Shown: positions 51,984 through 64,000 of the stretch, in pieces | How the letters are laid out: each line of letters opens with the position of its first letter | Position numbering within the stretch: position 1 is the first letter of the stretch | From: Perna viridis | Taxonomy: Eukaryota | DNA length: 64,000 nucleotides | Direction of reading: 5' to 3' | Assembly: GCA_037379345.1 (NCBI GenBank) | Contig: CM074513.1 | Coordinates: forward strand, 51,625,195-51,689,194 | Position numbers and translations under genes: made by a program | Notes under the pieces: generated by a model | Told to the model about the DNA's origin: nothing | What the model saw: the letters and a program-made list of their open reading frames with translations, nothing else | Databases searched by the model: none

Positions 51984-54900
51984 CTTTAAAGAGAAAGTAA
52001 ATAATGATCTGTCATTACAAGACACACTCTTTACTATTATTTACTACCAGAAGATAGTTATAATCACATTCTAAGGTACCAGATCTTAATTCAGTCATAC
52101 AAGACTTAAAACATGACGTACTAATAAATGAGGAACTTAATCCACAAGGTCATAAAAGTGTTTAGTAGTGATTAAATAAAAGATTGTTACTGAAACTCAA
52201 CTTATCATGAAAAATAAACACAAAATTGAAAATGTAGATTTTATTAATCCACTTAAATAATAGTTAGAAAAAATATAACGTCACTCAAACCTTTTGAAAT
52301 GGCTGTTTGAGTACTGGTTGTACTAGAGTTGATCTAGTTGATTGTGTGCTGAGAGGAAGCAGTGTAAATCTGTTCTGACAGGTAGACAGAGGTAACACAT
52401 TGTGTTGTTCTTGTTGTCCTGAAGCAGTCATCCTTCCACCTCCATATAAACTTAATCTATCTATGTTGGTCACAAGTCCAAACAATACCTACAAACAATA
52501 TAGTGTACAATAGTACATTAATTCACACATTACCGGTACCTGATGAAGTACATGTACAACTAAGTATGATGAAAATGAAAGTAATCCAATTCTTGATTAT
52601 ATAATAAACTTGCAATTATAACAAACTTGAGCGGTCACAAACCTGTTTAACCCTGCCACATACTTTATGTCCCAAGCCTGTAATCTAGTGGTTATCATTG
52701 TTCTTTTTGTTACTTGTTTAATGTTTTTACCATATACATTACGTCGATTTTTGTCTTTTATGAATAGTTTCACTACACATGTTCTATGGCTTTTTACTGT
52801 TACTTTATGGTTTGGGTTTTACCCATCATTAAAGACCATAGGGTAACCTGTAGAAGTTTAATTGTTTGCTGCTTGGTATTTGGTGGATGACTGCCCCATT
52901 GGCAATCATACCACATCTCGTATTTTTATATTAATATAGATGAGAAAATGGCTTCTTCAAGTACAAGTTAATAACACTTCCTACAATGTTATTTTACAAC
53001 TTATGTTTGTTAGGATAGAATGAAAAATAAAAAAAATCAGTGTTGAAAATGGTTAGGCATTGAATGAAGAAGAATTCTAATAAATGTACCATACTTATAA
53101 TGAATTATAATACCATAATTACAAATAGAATATCTCCTTCTTTTACACGCCATGTATTGAAAATATCATCAAATAAACAACCCAATATTAACTTATTGAT
53201 GACTATATATCATTGCTGTGGTAATCAACGACAAACCAATATTAACTGTACTTATTGATGACTATATATCATTGCTGTAGTAATCAATGACAATCCAATA
53301 TTAACTGTACTTATTGATGACTATATATCATTGCTGTGGTAATCAATGACAATCCAATATTAACTGTACTTATTGATGACTATATATCATTGCTGTAGTA
53401 ATCAATGACAATCCAATATTCAACTTACAGCAGATCTCTGGGCTTGTTTCATTAAATGTGACTGAATGTAGGGACTAAAAACATCTAAATCAAATGGATC
53501 TACTTTCTCCTCAAGGCCTTCTATCACTTGCTGCATTCTCTGCTGGTATATCTTGTTTTCCTAATGAGAAGATAATACAAGTTAATGAGTATTTCTGTAA
53601 TTTAGTAGATTATGGGGTACGTTTACCATGACTTAAGTTAACAGATTTTATCTTTATGTTCCAGATTGTACCAGAATTTGGAATTAATGTGTATGGTTGG
53701 GAGTCAGTGACTTGTATAATAGCACTATCTAGATTCTATACATTTGTTTTGACAAAATCTATAAATTCACTCAAAACTATAATATGACGTCCAACAAACA
53801 TCAAACAATATGCTACCCAATATATCTACCCCTGGGCATTTCAGATGCATACATAGTTTCTTCTGCCACATTAGAATAGAAACAATTCATGTTAGGTATG
53901 GTGCTGAACTCATTTACCATGGATTAGTCTTTATATTCTTTTTTATACCTTGCTAATGTTCAGTTTTAAACAATTGATTATAAAGATCCTATGCAGGTGT
54001 AAATGAGTACAACCCCCTACCCAAAGATTTTTCTTAATTATTTGTCATAGATTAATTTTTCATTTAAACTTCAATTTCAAAAGTTTATTTTTTATCACAA
54101 CTACATAGTAACCTATTCCTTGTTATTGCAATGGAAACAAGAACTAACATACAAAGTTCTATAAACTTCCACTGTATACCTTAGTATCTTCCTTCCTTGG
54201 AAATATAGACAGCACAAATCTGACATCAAATATTAACTGCAGTGCCCTTTGTTGTGGTAAAGGAACATAACTCTTGCTTTTAGAATTTTTACTATTGTGA
54301 ACAATTTCCACATAACAATCCTTCATTTCTTCTGATACTTTATTGACAAGCTTCTGTAAAACAGACCTGTAAGTGAAAGAGAAGATGAATTACATAAAAC
54401 TTGTCATAAACAGTGTACAATAGTCAGCTGTATACACATTTTTGATTAATTCTTGAAACAGGATCAGTGTTATTTCAAATGTTTACCAGATGCCATAGAA
54501 TTTATGAAAGTATCACTTGAAGTTCTTATGTAAATTATCCATACTCAAAAATTCCAAACAAACCAGAGTTAGGTTCCTACCTTGACACAGCATGTCCACC
54601 CACTCTGTTGATCTCTTGACACAGGAAGAACACCAAACCTTGGACATACCATGATGGCTAAAATATATTTGAAAGCTGTTTTAGTATAATTATACAATAA
54701 TCAAAATTCAAGAAGAAACAAACTCTATACAAAACCAAACTAGAAGAAATGTGTTCATAGGACACAATTGCCCCGCAATTCCAGAAGTACAGAGGAATAT
54801 TAATAAGCAGGAATAGAATGAAACAGTAGTCTCACAATACAATCAATCAAACTAAAGATGTAAACCATATTCTAAAGCTTTCACTTGAAATTTCAATTTG

Positions 54901-57900
54901 AATATCTAATTATTCCCATGAAGGTTTGCTGAAGAAAATTTATAAAGCTCCAAATAAGCAACAAAAGCATTCCAAAAACATGACATTGGTGGACAACCAA
55001 GCTTAATAGCTTTCAGGTGAACCTGCATACCCCTGCCTTACCCATGACACGGCTGAAATTTGAAGAAGTAGTCTTTGTAAGAATCATGCAAATTCCGTAA
55101 TATGTGATACACCCCCACAAAAAGCTACACATTTTTATTTTTGTTATGAAGTTGATTCATAGGTCGATATAATAAAATGTATAATTATTCATTTCAGTCT
55201 GTCTGCTCTTAGGAGATAATCCACATTAAAAATCCAACAGTTTCTATCGTATTTTAGTGTTATTTGCAGAGTTGTCTCCCTTTATTTTGAATTCTACAGT
55301 ACATCATATATAATTTTTAACTCCTACAAACAAGCCACATGTTCATTTTTGTTTACTAGAACATTTTAAACAAAAATTTACAAAATTAAAATGTGTAGGC
55401 TTTCCAACCATAAATCACGGTTTGAATGATTCTTATCTGGAGTACTACTTAATGACAAAAAAATCATGGGACAGATGAACATATGTACAGACAACAACAT
55501 TAATTGAATGATCAAGACACCCTAAAAGTAGGGGATGAAAACAATTATATTAAATTCATTTGAACCTTAACCTTGGGCAGGTAACTTAAACAATACACAA
55601 ACATAAAAAAAATTGTGGATAAAATACTTATCATTTCTACCATATAAAAATTTGTACATGGATATCCAAAAAAAAATACTAATGCTTTGTGGTATATTTG
55701 TCACTATAACAATTAATTTTGGTTTTTTGATACTATTTAGGTCAACAGTCAAGATAATGAGTTACAGTACCTGAACCGATACCTGCAACTTAAATTGTGA
55801 TCTGTCACCGATCACTGATCAGTTTCTGTCAAACCAATCCATTAAACCAGTAACAGCATTACATTACCACAGAGCGGTTAATATATTTTAAGGATTCTGA
55901 AGTTTCGTTATTCGCATAATGCAATAAATTTAAATATCAACTTATAACTTTTATTGTATATTTGTTTTATTTTAAACAAAATAAAATTTAAGGTAAATTT
56001 AATATGGTAGAATATTGGATTCGTTTCAACCAAAATTTTTTAATTTACTTGAACAAATCATCTGTCATTTTACATAAAAAAACTGCGATCAGATCGGTCA
56101 CCGGTTATCAATCCCTCAGTGATCAATCAGTCAGCAGTCATCGATCTGTCAAATACTCGAGTGGATCAGTTCAGGGACCTTAATATTTTAATATTTTGGC
56201 CAATCTATTACTATACCTGCATAGGAACTTGTATTTTGGATTTAATCTTTTTCCCATCTTCTGTTTCTTCCTGAATGTCTACCTCATCCCATCTCTGTCA
56301 AAAATTAAATTCCTTCCTTTTTTATTATGATTTCTTTGATACATCTATTAAGGACATATACTTAGATGTTCCTTAAAACTCTAGAGATTTTGAACAAGAA
56401 AGATTGTTTCAAAAGTTGTAACTATGATAATTAAAATATTTTCTATTTCTCTTTATTTTTGCTTTTGTTTATTATATATAATAATAGTAGTCAAGACAAA
56501 CAACTTACTGTACATGTAGAAATATTATCCCTGTACTCTGGTGTTGTCAGACCAGATTTAAAGTCATTCAGGGCTACACATGAAAGATGGTCTATCCATA
56601 TTCTATAAATACAGCAGAGTTTTATAAAGGAAGATATAATGCTTCCTTTTAGAAAAGACAAATATTTTATCATTTCTAGTACCAATAAACAATATATATA
56701 TCCTTTTGTTACCACCATGAGTTTACTTGTACAGTTTTATTCCATGGGTACAAAGAATCTTCAAATTTGTGATTTCCTTTAAATAAATTTACTTTAAAAA
56801 TTGAAAATGTTCATTGATTCCCAACCAAAACAAAAAAAAAACTTTGAAATTAAAAAAAACAAAAAAACAAAAAAACTGGTTCCCTACAAACAACTTTCAA
56901 TTTGTAAACAGTGGAGAGGGTTACCAGTACCTGAAAGCTTCAGTTTGACATCCACTCAGTTGTTCCTTTATTTGAGACCAAACAGGATCTTCAGCAGGCT
57001 TGGATCCTTTACTGCTAATTTTTTTCAGTCTTTTAAATAAAAATAAGATACAGTATTTCAATCAAACAACCAGCCATTACCACCTAACAAAACAGGATAG
57101 AAATCTTATGAGTGCTATCTGTGTAACAAGAAATTTGAGATTTTTAGAACTAAGCATAAGAGACAGAGTATATAAAAAAGGAATCATTTTACCTCGAAGA
57201 AACTTAAAAAGAGCAAAAAATGTCCAGGTAAAACATAGTACTTTAAGTACATAAGTAAACTGTCAAACAGAAAGTAGGGTATTGAAGAAATAGTAGACTT
57301 AATATGAAATAATTCTACCCAGTTTCAGTATTAAATAAAAATGCAACAAAAAATCTATACAGACTTGAAATTTTTTTTTTCACAGCAATTATTATTTTCC
57401 TGTCAGATAAATTTCAGAATAAACAATTTCACATTATGTGTATGACTTACTTTGTAGGATCCTCCTTTCCTAAAACACATTTCTGTAAAGATGGCACCAG
57501 TTCACTAATGGCAGTACAAAGCCTCCCAACCAGTAAAACTCTGCTCAATACATAACCAACATACACAGTTACTTAAGTTATTGGAGTCATTCACATAATA
57601 TATTAAAGTGAAAATAATAAGCATTAAATTTCCATTCCAATCCTAATGATTATCATCAATATTCTTATCCCCCACCGCAATGCGGAAGGGTATATAGAAA
57701 TACCAGTGTCTGTATGTGCGTTCAATAACACCTGACATTTTGGATGCAACTGCTCAGAATTCATTCTGAGGATATTGTTCAAATTTTGTAAGACTGTTTG
57801 TCACCATAAGTAGTTGATCATATTGTGCTGCAATTGTGATTCAACAAATTTTACAGAAGTTATGGGAATTTGGCAATTTGTCTCTTTTGTGCTAGCAGGG

Positions 57901-60900
57901 GACATGTAACTACCCATAGAAATCTTAATTTTATTTATAATTTCAATTAAAAGATCAAATTATGGCATTTCTTACAATCAATAAGAGAAAACTTTAGATG
58001 GAAAATATTTACCTATTTTTTGTAATTGCTCTAGTGGTCATGTCAGGAATTTGTTGTAAGGATTTCTCCCAAGACTTTAACTGTTCATTTAAATAATCTA
58101 TCAATCTAAAAGCATAAAACAGAAGATGTTTATGAAGTTTACAGTTCGTCAGTGAAATTGAAAAAAAGATACAAAACATAATGACATAATGACATAACAA
58201 ACTTTGCTTTGTGATGCTAAGTATACCTGCAGCCCCCTCATACAGGAAGTTGATACCAAATGATACCCCTGCTGCCCTCCCTAGAAACCAAATTGGAATC
58301 CCAAAAGGTTGGAAAAAAAGAGGTGCACAATGTCATTGTATGATAAAGAATGTGTGAAAGTTTCCTCAAATTTAATTCAGTGGTTTTAGATAAGTTGCTG
58401 ATTGGAGATGGTCCCCCTTTGGTCAACCAATGAAGATGCCTAAGTTTTGCATCAGGGAATCTGTAAAGGTCATTCAGATGAAAAAACAAAATAAGAGGTG
58501 CACAATGGCATCATGTGATAAAGATGTGTAAAAGTTTTAAAAAACTCCATTCAGCAATTTTAGAAGAGTTGAAATATTCTGCAAATATCTTTATCCAGTC
58601 TAAACCCTCCAATGTTACCACTGTAACATTGTCTCCTGGGTAAACAGACATTCTGTAAAGCTTAACTGAGATGCCCTGAACTCTGTAATGTTAACAATTG
58701 TCTATCAATTTGTCTGATTCTATAACTTACCCCTTTATACAGTCATAACATGATGATTTAATATGATTGTAGACATTATCAGTGTCAGAGAATCTATCAA
58801 AAGCCTTTTTCCCTCCACTATCTGCAGCATCTTGTGGCATGTAAGTTGTAGCATCTTCTAACATACTCCTCAACTTTTCATCAAAGTTCTTACATAAACT
58901 GAAATACAATTGATGAATTGAAATTCATTTAATCCATAGAAAATGTTTTGAATAATTATGAATAACAAATAGATATACTGTGAGCAAACTAATAAAAAAG
59001 ATCACTCTTGCTGGACCTGAATTATATTAAATTTCATCAAAAATCACATCTGACACTGAATAAGAAGGCTTATGAGGACTTAACATTTTCAAACGTTAAG
59101 TTAAATTATACCCCTTTGCATGCATCTGACAATAATACATTGCTTTAAAGCACATCTTCTAATAAATTTCAACAAAATTCAATTGTCATTTTAGGAGTTG
59201 TGCATGCAAGGTTACATGTACAATACAAAGGTTGGATTATCTCCCTTTGCAGGCAAAGTGCAACAATTATCTTCCTTCACGTAAAATCTACATGTAATGC
59301 TGTACCATCCTAAATTTTGTCTTAATCCATTGAACCTCCCTTTGCAGGCAAAGTACAACAATTATCTTCCTTCATGTAAAATCTACATGTGATGCTGTAC
59401 CATCCTAAATTTTGTCCTAATCCATTGAGTGCTTACAAGATTTGTAGACAGTTGGACAGACAGACATACACAGTGATTCCTAATGGGTATATTCATAAAT
59501 ATATATCCCCTAAACTTTGCTTTTGGAGGAGAGATGACAGAGAAAATGAATCTTCTGTTAACATGTATATAATATAAGGATTAGGATTTGTCAGTATTAT
59601 TTATTGAATGTGAAGACTTAGATATGCACTATATGTAAGGGAACAATGGCATTCATCAGCTGTGACATCCTTTGTCATGCCCTCCTGAGTATTAAAGCCC
59701 TGTCTACCTTTGTACCACTGGGGTGAATGCCCTTGCTTTCATTATTAGCCCTCCAGGGTTATCTGATGAAGATCTAGCTGTTGAGGATATCCATGCCATG
59801 TTCTGTGAGATGTCACCTGATGTTTCATTCCACACATACCACGATAAATCAGTATCAGCTGTCACTACACTGTAACATTTGATAAACTGGAATTTGTTGT
59901 CTCTCATACCTTACTTAATTTTGTAATACACTATAGAGTGCTTTAATTCATTGATTATATAATATATAGAGGCAATGTAAAAGATTGCACTTAAAAATTA
60001 GTTTGAGTTTTCACCTATTTGTTATCAAGTAGCATTTTTTAAACAGAATCAAAATTTATTTTTTATCAACATGAATTAAACATTGATAAAATCAACAGAC
60101 TTCAAAATCAAAATAACAAGAGATTCAAAGTACTTTTTCATAGAAATGCACCTAAAAATGCATCAATCAAGCTGCTTTAAAGAAGAGAATTAATTAACTG
60201 TATCTCACCTGTCCTCTGTATTCCTAATTTCCATGACAACTTTTGATACCTGTCGCTTGGTCAGTTCTGTTGATGTCTCTAATTGGTATTTAATCAATGC
60301 CTAGAAAAAGGCATGAATTCATAAAAGTTACATTTGATTTTTAATCAAGGAAATACAACCACGAGTATGTACAATGAAATACAACCACGAGTATGTACAA
60401 GGAAATACAACCACGAGTATGTACAATGAAATACAACCACGAGTATGTACAAGGAAATACAACCACGAGTATGTACAATGAAATACAACCACGAGTATGT
60501 ACAATGCAATACAACCACGAGTATGTACAATACAATATAACCATGATTATGTACAGTAAACAATATGGATCAGACACAAGTAATGTAACATACTTATGAC
60601 ATCTTCTCCCAAAATAATTATAATTACAATAAAGTACAGGCATACACTAGTGTTAATCCATGTTTTACAAGACAAGACAGTAAAATATAAAATTAAGTGA
60701 TATGATGTGATGTGTACCAATCCAGCTCAAGCAATAAGAAATATTTCAGTGCATTTTACAAAGGAATATACATGGTCCAACATAACCTGATACTGCAATT
60801 CTGACAGGTTTTCTGCATGACCAGCAAGTAGTTTTATAGTCCATTATTACATCAACAAACAAGGTAAACACTGCAACACTTACAGAGTCTGACTGAAACA

Positions 60901-63813
60901 CTTTCACATATCAAATATGCTTCAACATACCTTCACTCGATCAACAAACAAGGGTTGAAGAATACCAGCCCATATGGCCAGCTGTCTGTTCATTATTCTC
61001 TGGCAAATCACATCCCAATCTTCCATACTTTCATCCTGTAATCATACAGTTTGCATGTACATGGTAAAAAATATTTTGAAATAATTCATAAAATACATTT
61101 TAAACTTTTCAATTATTTGGCAAGACAAAATGAGCCTTTTTGACATTATTGAAAGAATGCAGTTATTATTTTCATCAACATTCCTACTAGCGAGATTAAG
61201 TATTATGGAGTATTCAGGGGATTTGAAGAGATTTTAAAATCGGTAAAACTTCCTTTACCTGAGATAGGAGATTCCAAATTGCATCTCTGATATCAGCCAA
61301 ACGTTTGACAGTGTTGATAAAATTCAGAAGTTTATTTACTCCTGTAGTCACATCAGTAATACATCTGAAGAAAAATGTAACAGCCATTAAAAAGTTCCTC
61401 CATTATCATCAGTTGTTTCTTTAAAAGAAGTCAAAAAGTTTGAAACATATGTATCAACCCTTCTCTACATTCTTGCTAAACTCTTGAACATGTACAACAT
61501 TGAAAGGGATAATTGTGTCTCCAAAATATACTGTACTGAATAATTGGGTTTTTCTCTTGATATATGAAAGTCAAAAAGAAATGTTTTAAGAAAAAAGCAC
61601 TGGGCATATAAAAACAACTCTATAATCCTTTGTATGTTCATAAATCTTACGTGTTGACCCATTGTTGACAATTATCCTGCAGATGTTGTTCTGATACTGG
61701 ATTAGCATGAGATCTTAGACTTGGACAAAATTCTGTAAGACAAAAAAAAAAAAAAATTCTCTTGATTTTTTACAAAGAGTAAGCAAAAATCAGTACTTAG
61801 TAGGTAATACTCACACAAAAAGCAACCAAAAGACCAGTTATTTTTAGTGGTGCACCAATCATTGTGAACAGTTTTTGGTTGTTTGGAGACCTTTGATTTG
61901 ATAATCAATTTCAACAACAAGATATCAAGATTGATTTGTTCATGTCTTAAAAATAGGAAGATTTTACCTTTATCCATCTTTTTGAAGTCAATATTTCTCT
62001 TGTCTAACCAGACTATTTACCTTTCTGTTGACACACAAGTTGTTCTATTTTTAACCATAACACTGAACGACTCTATTTATTATCTGATGGCCTCAAGTCA
62101 ACATTTGACTTTATTGATGATGGTATCACACATTTACATAAGATATAATAATATCCAAACTAGGTAATGGAGGCAGTTCTGTATTGAAGGGTCATCCTAA
62201 TCAACCTCCCAAACACAGATCATTGGTCAATGTTGATACAACAATCATCAATGTGGAAATTGTGATCGATTCACAACACTAGTTGCCAATGATCTCATTA
62301 AGATTTACTTTGAAAATATCGCATTCACCCAACTAGATTCTTGTAAGAATTACTTTGATGTCACAATCAACCTTAGACTCTAGTGAGAATTAATATGATA
62401 ATGTAACAATTAACTTTAATAATCCTTTATAAAGAATCTGACAGTAAGATTAAAGAAAAATCAATAAACAGTGATAATAATACATATCATAAATGTTTTG
62501 CATGGCACAGCTTGATACCACCACAAAATTCAAACCCTGAACAGATGGGCAGAGTATGGACACATCATTCACAACTTGACACAGCTTTGAATTTTGATTA
62601 TGATTAAACATTTGACACAGGATAAAAATTTAATCAGAACAGAAAGTGATCACTTTTTTGCCCTTATTTCTAAATGTTTCAAGTCAAGACCTGCAAAATC
62701 AATCCCAAACTTTCTCTGGGGATATGAACGACAGCACCATACTTAATTTTTTTTGTGGTCGTATAAAAAATTGAAAGGGTCATATTATACTTAAATCTCT
62801 ACTTAATATCAATTTCCTTGCTTTATATGATAACGTAATATTTCATTATGAATTTTAAATTGCTCACCTTACAATTGTTAAAGCATCATTGTAAAAGTGT
62901 TCATAACTTACCTGACACAGACTTGGGCAGACATTTTGATGAAATTGAAGTATGTAAATCTAACAGACCAGTCTCTACAACAGATTTTAATCTCAGAATT
63001 AAAGCTGGTATTGTTCTTTATAACAAAGCTACTTCATCAGTATATGACATCACTGTCCCTTTATAACTCATTTTTATACTAAAATGAATATTTATGATAA
63101 GACTACTGCTGATTGACAGCACTGCTCTGTTAGACCACCCCCAAAAACATGTGCACACAAAAATGCATCAATCAAAATGGATCTGACATGATAAACCAAT
63201 AGGAAATGATCTCATTTTTGAATGAATAAAGTTCCATAACTCGAAAATGTGAAAACGGAAATTAATAAATTGAAAAGGAGCTTTTATCACTATAAATGAC
63301 ACAATTCACCAATGTTTTTATTGAATACCATTTTGTTTCTTTGTTGTCACATCTGTCAGTAGGGTTAGAAGTAAGTTGTTAGGAACTGAAAAATAGAAAG
63401 CAACCTTATTTTAATACTTCCTATACATATTCCATCTGTAATAATTGATTGTTCCAAACATATACCAGTAAATAACAAAATTATGATATCTATAACTAAA
63501 TCACACAGCTAAACACCTTATATGCTAATCTGTGGATAATTTGGTAAATAGTTACTGATTGTGAAATTTGTGAAAATAAGTACTATTACTGTAAATTACT
63601 GCTGATGAGTGCAGTTGCCAACATTCCTATTGGAAATAAGTATTGATATAGGACTGATAAACAGAAGGACATACTCTGATCAGAATCATCACCAACATAG
63701 AATACACTATGTATCTGATGTACAGTATGAATTATTAACTGTACTACTGTACAAATCTGGTCTTTGATACTTGCAGTCTGTTGACTGGAGTGAAATAACT
63801 GCTGAACAGCTGT
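51831..63813 (-). CDS. COG1: Conserved oligomeric Golgi complex subunit 1, 3' part (5' end outside window)
   Basis: 19 phase-consistent GT-AG exons, 2175 nt = 724 aa + stop. COG1-like motifs: SIKDQICTVV, LADIRDAIWNLL, GLIMKARAFTPVVQ, AFDRFSD, WDEVDIQEETEDG, LCQEINRVGGH, RALQLIFDVRF, DPFDLDVFSP, HNVLPLS. Confidence 0.95.
52291..52488 (-). CDS. COG1: COG1 exon
   Basis: VLFGLVTNIDRL...EQHNVLPLSTCQNRFTLLPLS...QK; 198 nt. Confidence 0.92.
52628..52930 (+). mobile_element. Deu/Nin-domain SINE-like remnant
   Basis: gtttaaccctgccaca...tgtcccaag core and ttggcaatcataccacatct tail; resemblance to bivalve SINEs recalled, not searched. Confidence 0.5.
53182..53420. repeat. 59-bp tandem repeat x4 abutting a COG1 donor
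   Basis: ccaatatt at 53182, 53236, 53295, 53354 and 53413. Confidence 0.93.
53429..53560 (-). CDS. COG1: COG1 exon
   Basis: ENKIYQQRMQQVIEGLEEKVDPFDLDVFSPYIQSHLMKQAQRSA; 132 nt. Confidence 0.94.
54180..54366 (-). CDS. COG1: COG1 exon
   Basis: SVLQKLVNKVSEE...PQQRALQLIFDVRFVLSIFPRKEDTK; 187 nt. Confidence 0.93.
54581..54657 (-). CDS. COG1: COG1 exon
   Basis: PSWYVQGLVFFLCQEINRVGGHAVS; 77 nt. Confidence 0.93.
55765..56180. mobile_element. MITE-like element in a COG1 intron
   Basis: agtacctgaaccgatacc vs revcomp aggtccctgaactgatcc; gatc/ccgatc subterminal motifs at both ends. Confidence 0.45.
56217..56294 (-). CDS. COG1: COG1 exon
   Basis: RWDEVDIQEETEDGKKIKSKIQVPMQ; 78 nt. Confidence 0.93.
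56509..56602 (-). CDS. COG1: COG1 exon
   Basis: IWIDHLSCVALNDFKSGLTTPEYRDNISTCT; 94 nt. Confidence 0.88.
56931..57029 (-). CDS. COG1: COG1 exon
   Basis: LKKISSKGSKPAEDPVWSQIKEQLSGCQTEAF; 99 nt. Confidence 0.88.
57451..57540 (-). CDS. COG1: COG1 exon
   Basis: VLLVGRLCTAISELVPSLQKCVLGKEDPT; 90 nt. Confidence 0.9.
58013..58105 (-). CDS. COG1: COG1 exon
   Basis: LIDYLNEQLKSWEKSLQQIPDMTTRAITKN; 93 nt. Confidence 0.88.
58731..58898 (-). CDS. COG1: COG1 exon
   Basis: LCKNFDEKLRSMLED...AFDRFSDTD...CIK; 168 nt. Confidence 0.92.
59241..59428. repeat. 95-bp direct duplication
   Basis: ctccctttgcaggcaaagt at 59241 and 59336. Confidence 0.88.
59708..59869 (-). CDS. COG1: COG1 exon
   Basis: VVTADTDLSWYVWNETSGD...GLIMKARAFTPVVQ; 162 nt; acceptor chosen to match upstream phase 2. 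Confidence 0.9.
60209..60300 (-). CDS. COG1: COG1 exon
   Basis: ALIKYQLETSTELTKRQVSKVVMEIRNTED; 92 nt. Confidence 0.88.
60350..60554. repeat. 26-bp minisatellite, ~8 copies (gaaatacaaccacgagtatgtacaat)
   Basis: Direct reading. Confidence 0.94.
60931..61035 (-). CDS. COG1: COG1 exon
   Basis: DESMEDWDVICQRIMNRQLAIWAGILQPLFVDRVK; 105 nt. Confidence 0.92.
61259..61364 (-). CDS. COG1: COG1 exon
   Basis: CITDVTTGVNKLLNFINTVKRLADIRDAIWNLLSQ; 106 nt. Confidence 0.92.
61651..61732 (-). CDS. COG1: COG1 exon
   Basis: FCPSLRSHANPVSEQHLQDNCQQWVN; 82 nt. Confidence 0.9.
62912..62974 (-). CDS. COG1: COG1 exon
   Basis: TGLLDLHTSISSKCLPKSVS; 63 nt, donor gtaagt. Confidence 0.82.
63329..63385 (-). CDS. 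COG1: COG1 exon
   Basis: PNNLLLTLLTDVTTKKQN; 57 nt, phase 1/1. Confidence 0.8.
63675..63813 (-). CDS. COG1: COG1 exon
   Basis: TAVQQLFHSSQQTASIKDQICTVVQLIIHTVHQIHSVFY...; 139 nt, AG/GT. Confidence 0.9.
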
Positions 63814-64000
63814 CTGTAATAAAATGCATTTATTATTACTCTTAATTTCTAATCCAAATTACATTTATATATGTTTGTCAAGTAGAAAGTAGTTCTTTCT
63901 TCAATGAAAATTTCCAAATAAGTAGAATCTGATAAATGAAAAAAAAAAATGAACTTTCAAAACATGTGGTTGAAAACTACAAAATCTATTTCCATTTAAA

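Noticed and set aside
60341-60643. Repetitive ORFs on both strands
   Set aside because: Translation of the 26-bp minisatellite inside a COG1 intron

Overview
AT-rich, intron-rich animal genomic DNA. The repeat landscape resembles a bivalve mollusc, possibly a mytilid (inference). Two spliced genes converge tail-to-tail. (1) A complete Homer gene on + (EVH1 + coiled coil; 10 exons, 14081-47999, 411 aa including a 60-nt cassette exon, 24-kb first intron). (2) The 3' 19 exons of COG1 on - (63813-51831, 724 aa in window; 5' end lies beyond the window). Upstream of Homer is a decayed AcademX-type DNA transposon. Homer intron 1 holds an internally deleted BEL/Pao LTR element with a tRNA-His PBS, MITEs, HINE-like elements and minisatellites. 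The most interesting signal is apparent isoform machinery at Homer. Intron 1 contains several phase-2 candidate alternative first exons, the best a 134-codon Pro/Ser-rich exon ending in a GC donor. There is also a possible Homer1a-like 185-aa intron read-through isoform, a P-motif-like cassette exon, and a 69-bp tandem amplification of the exon-3 splice donor. All coordinates and translations were worked out by hand; no database search was run.
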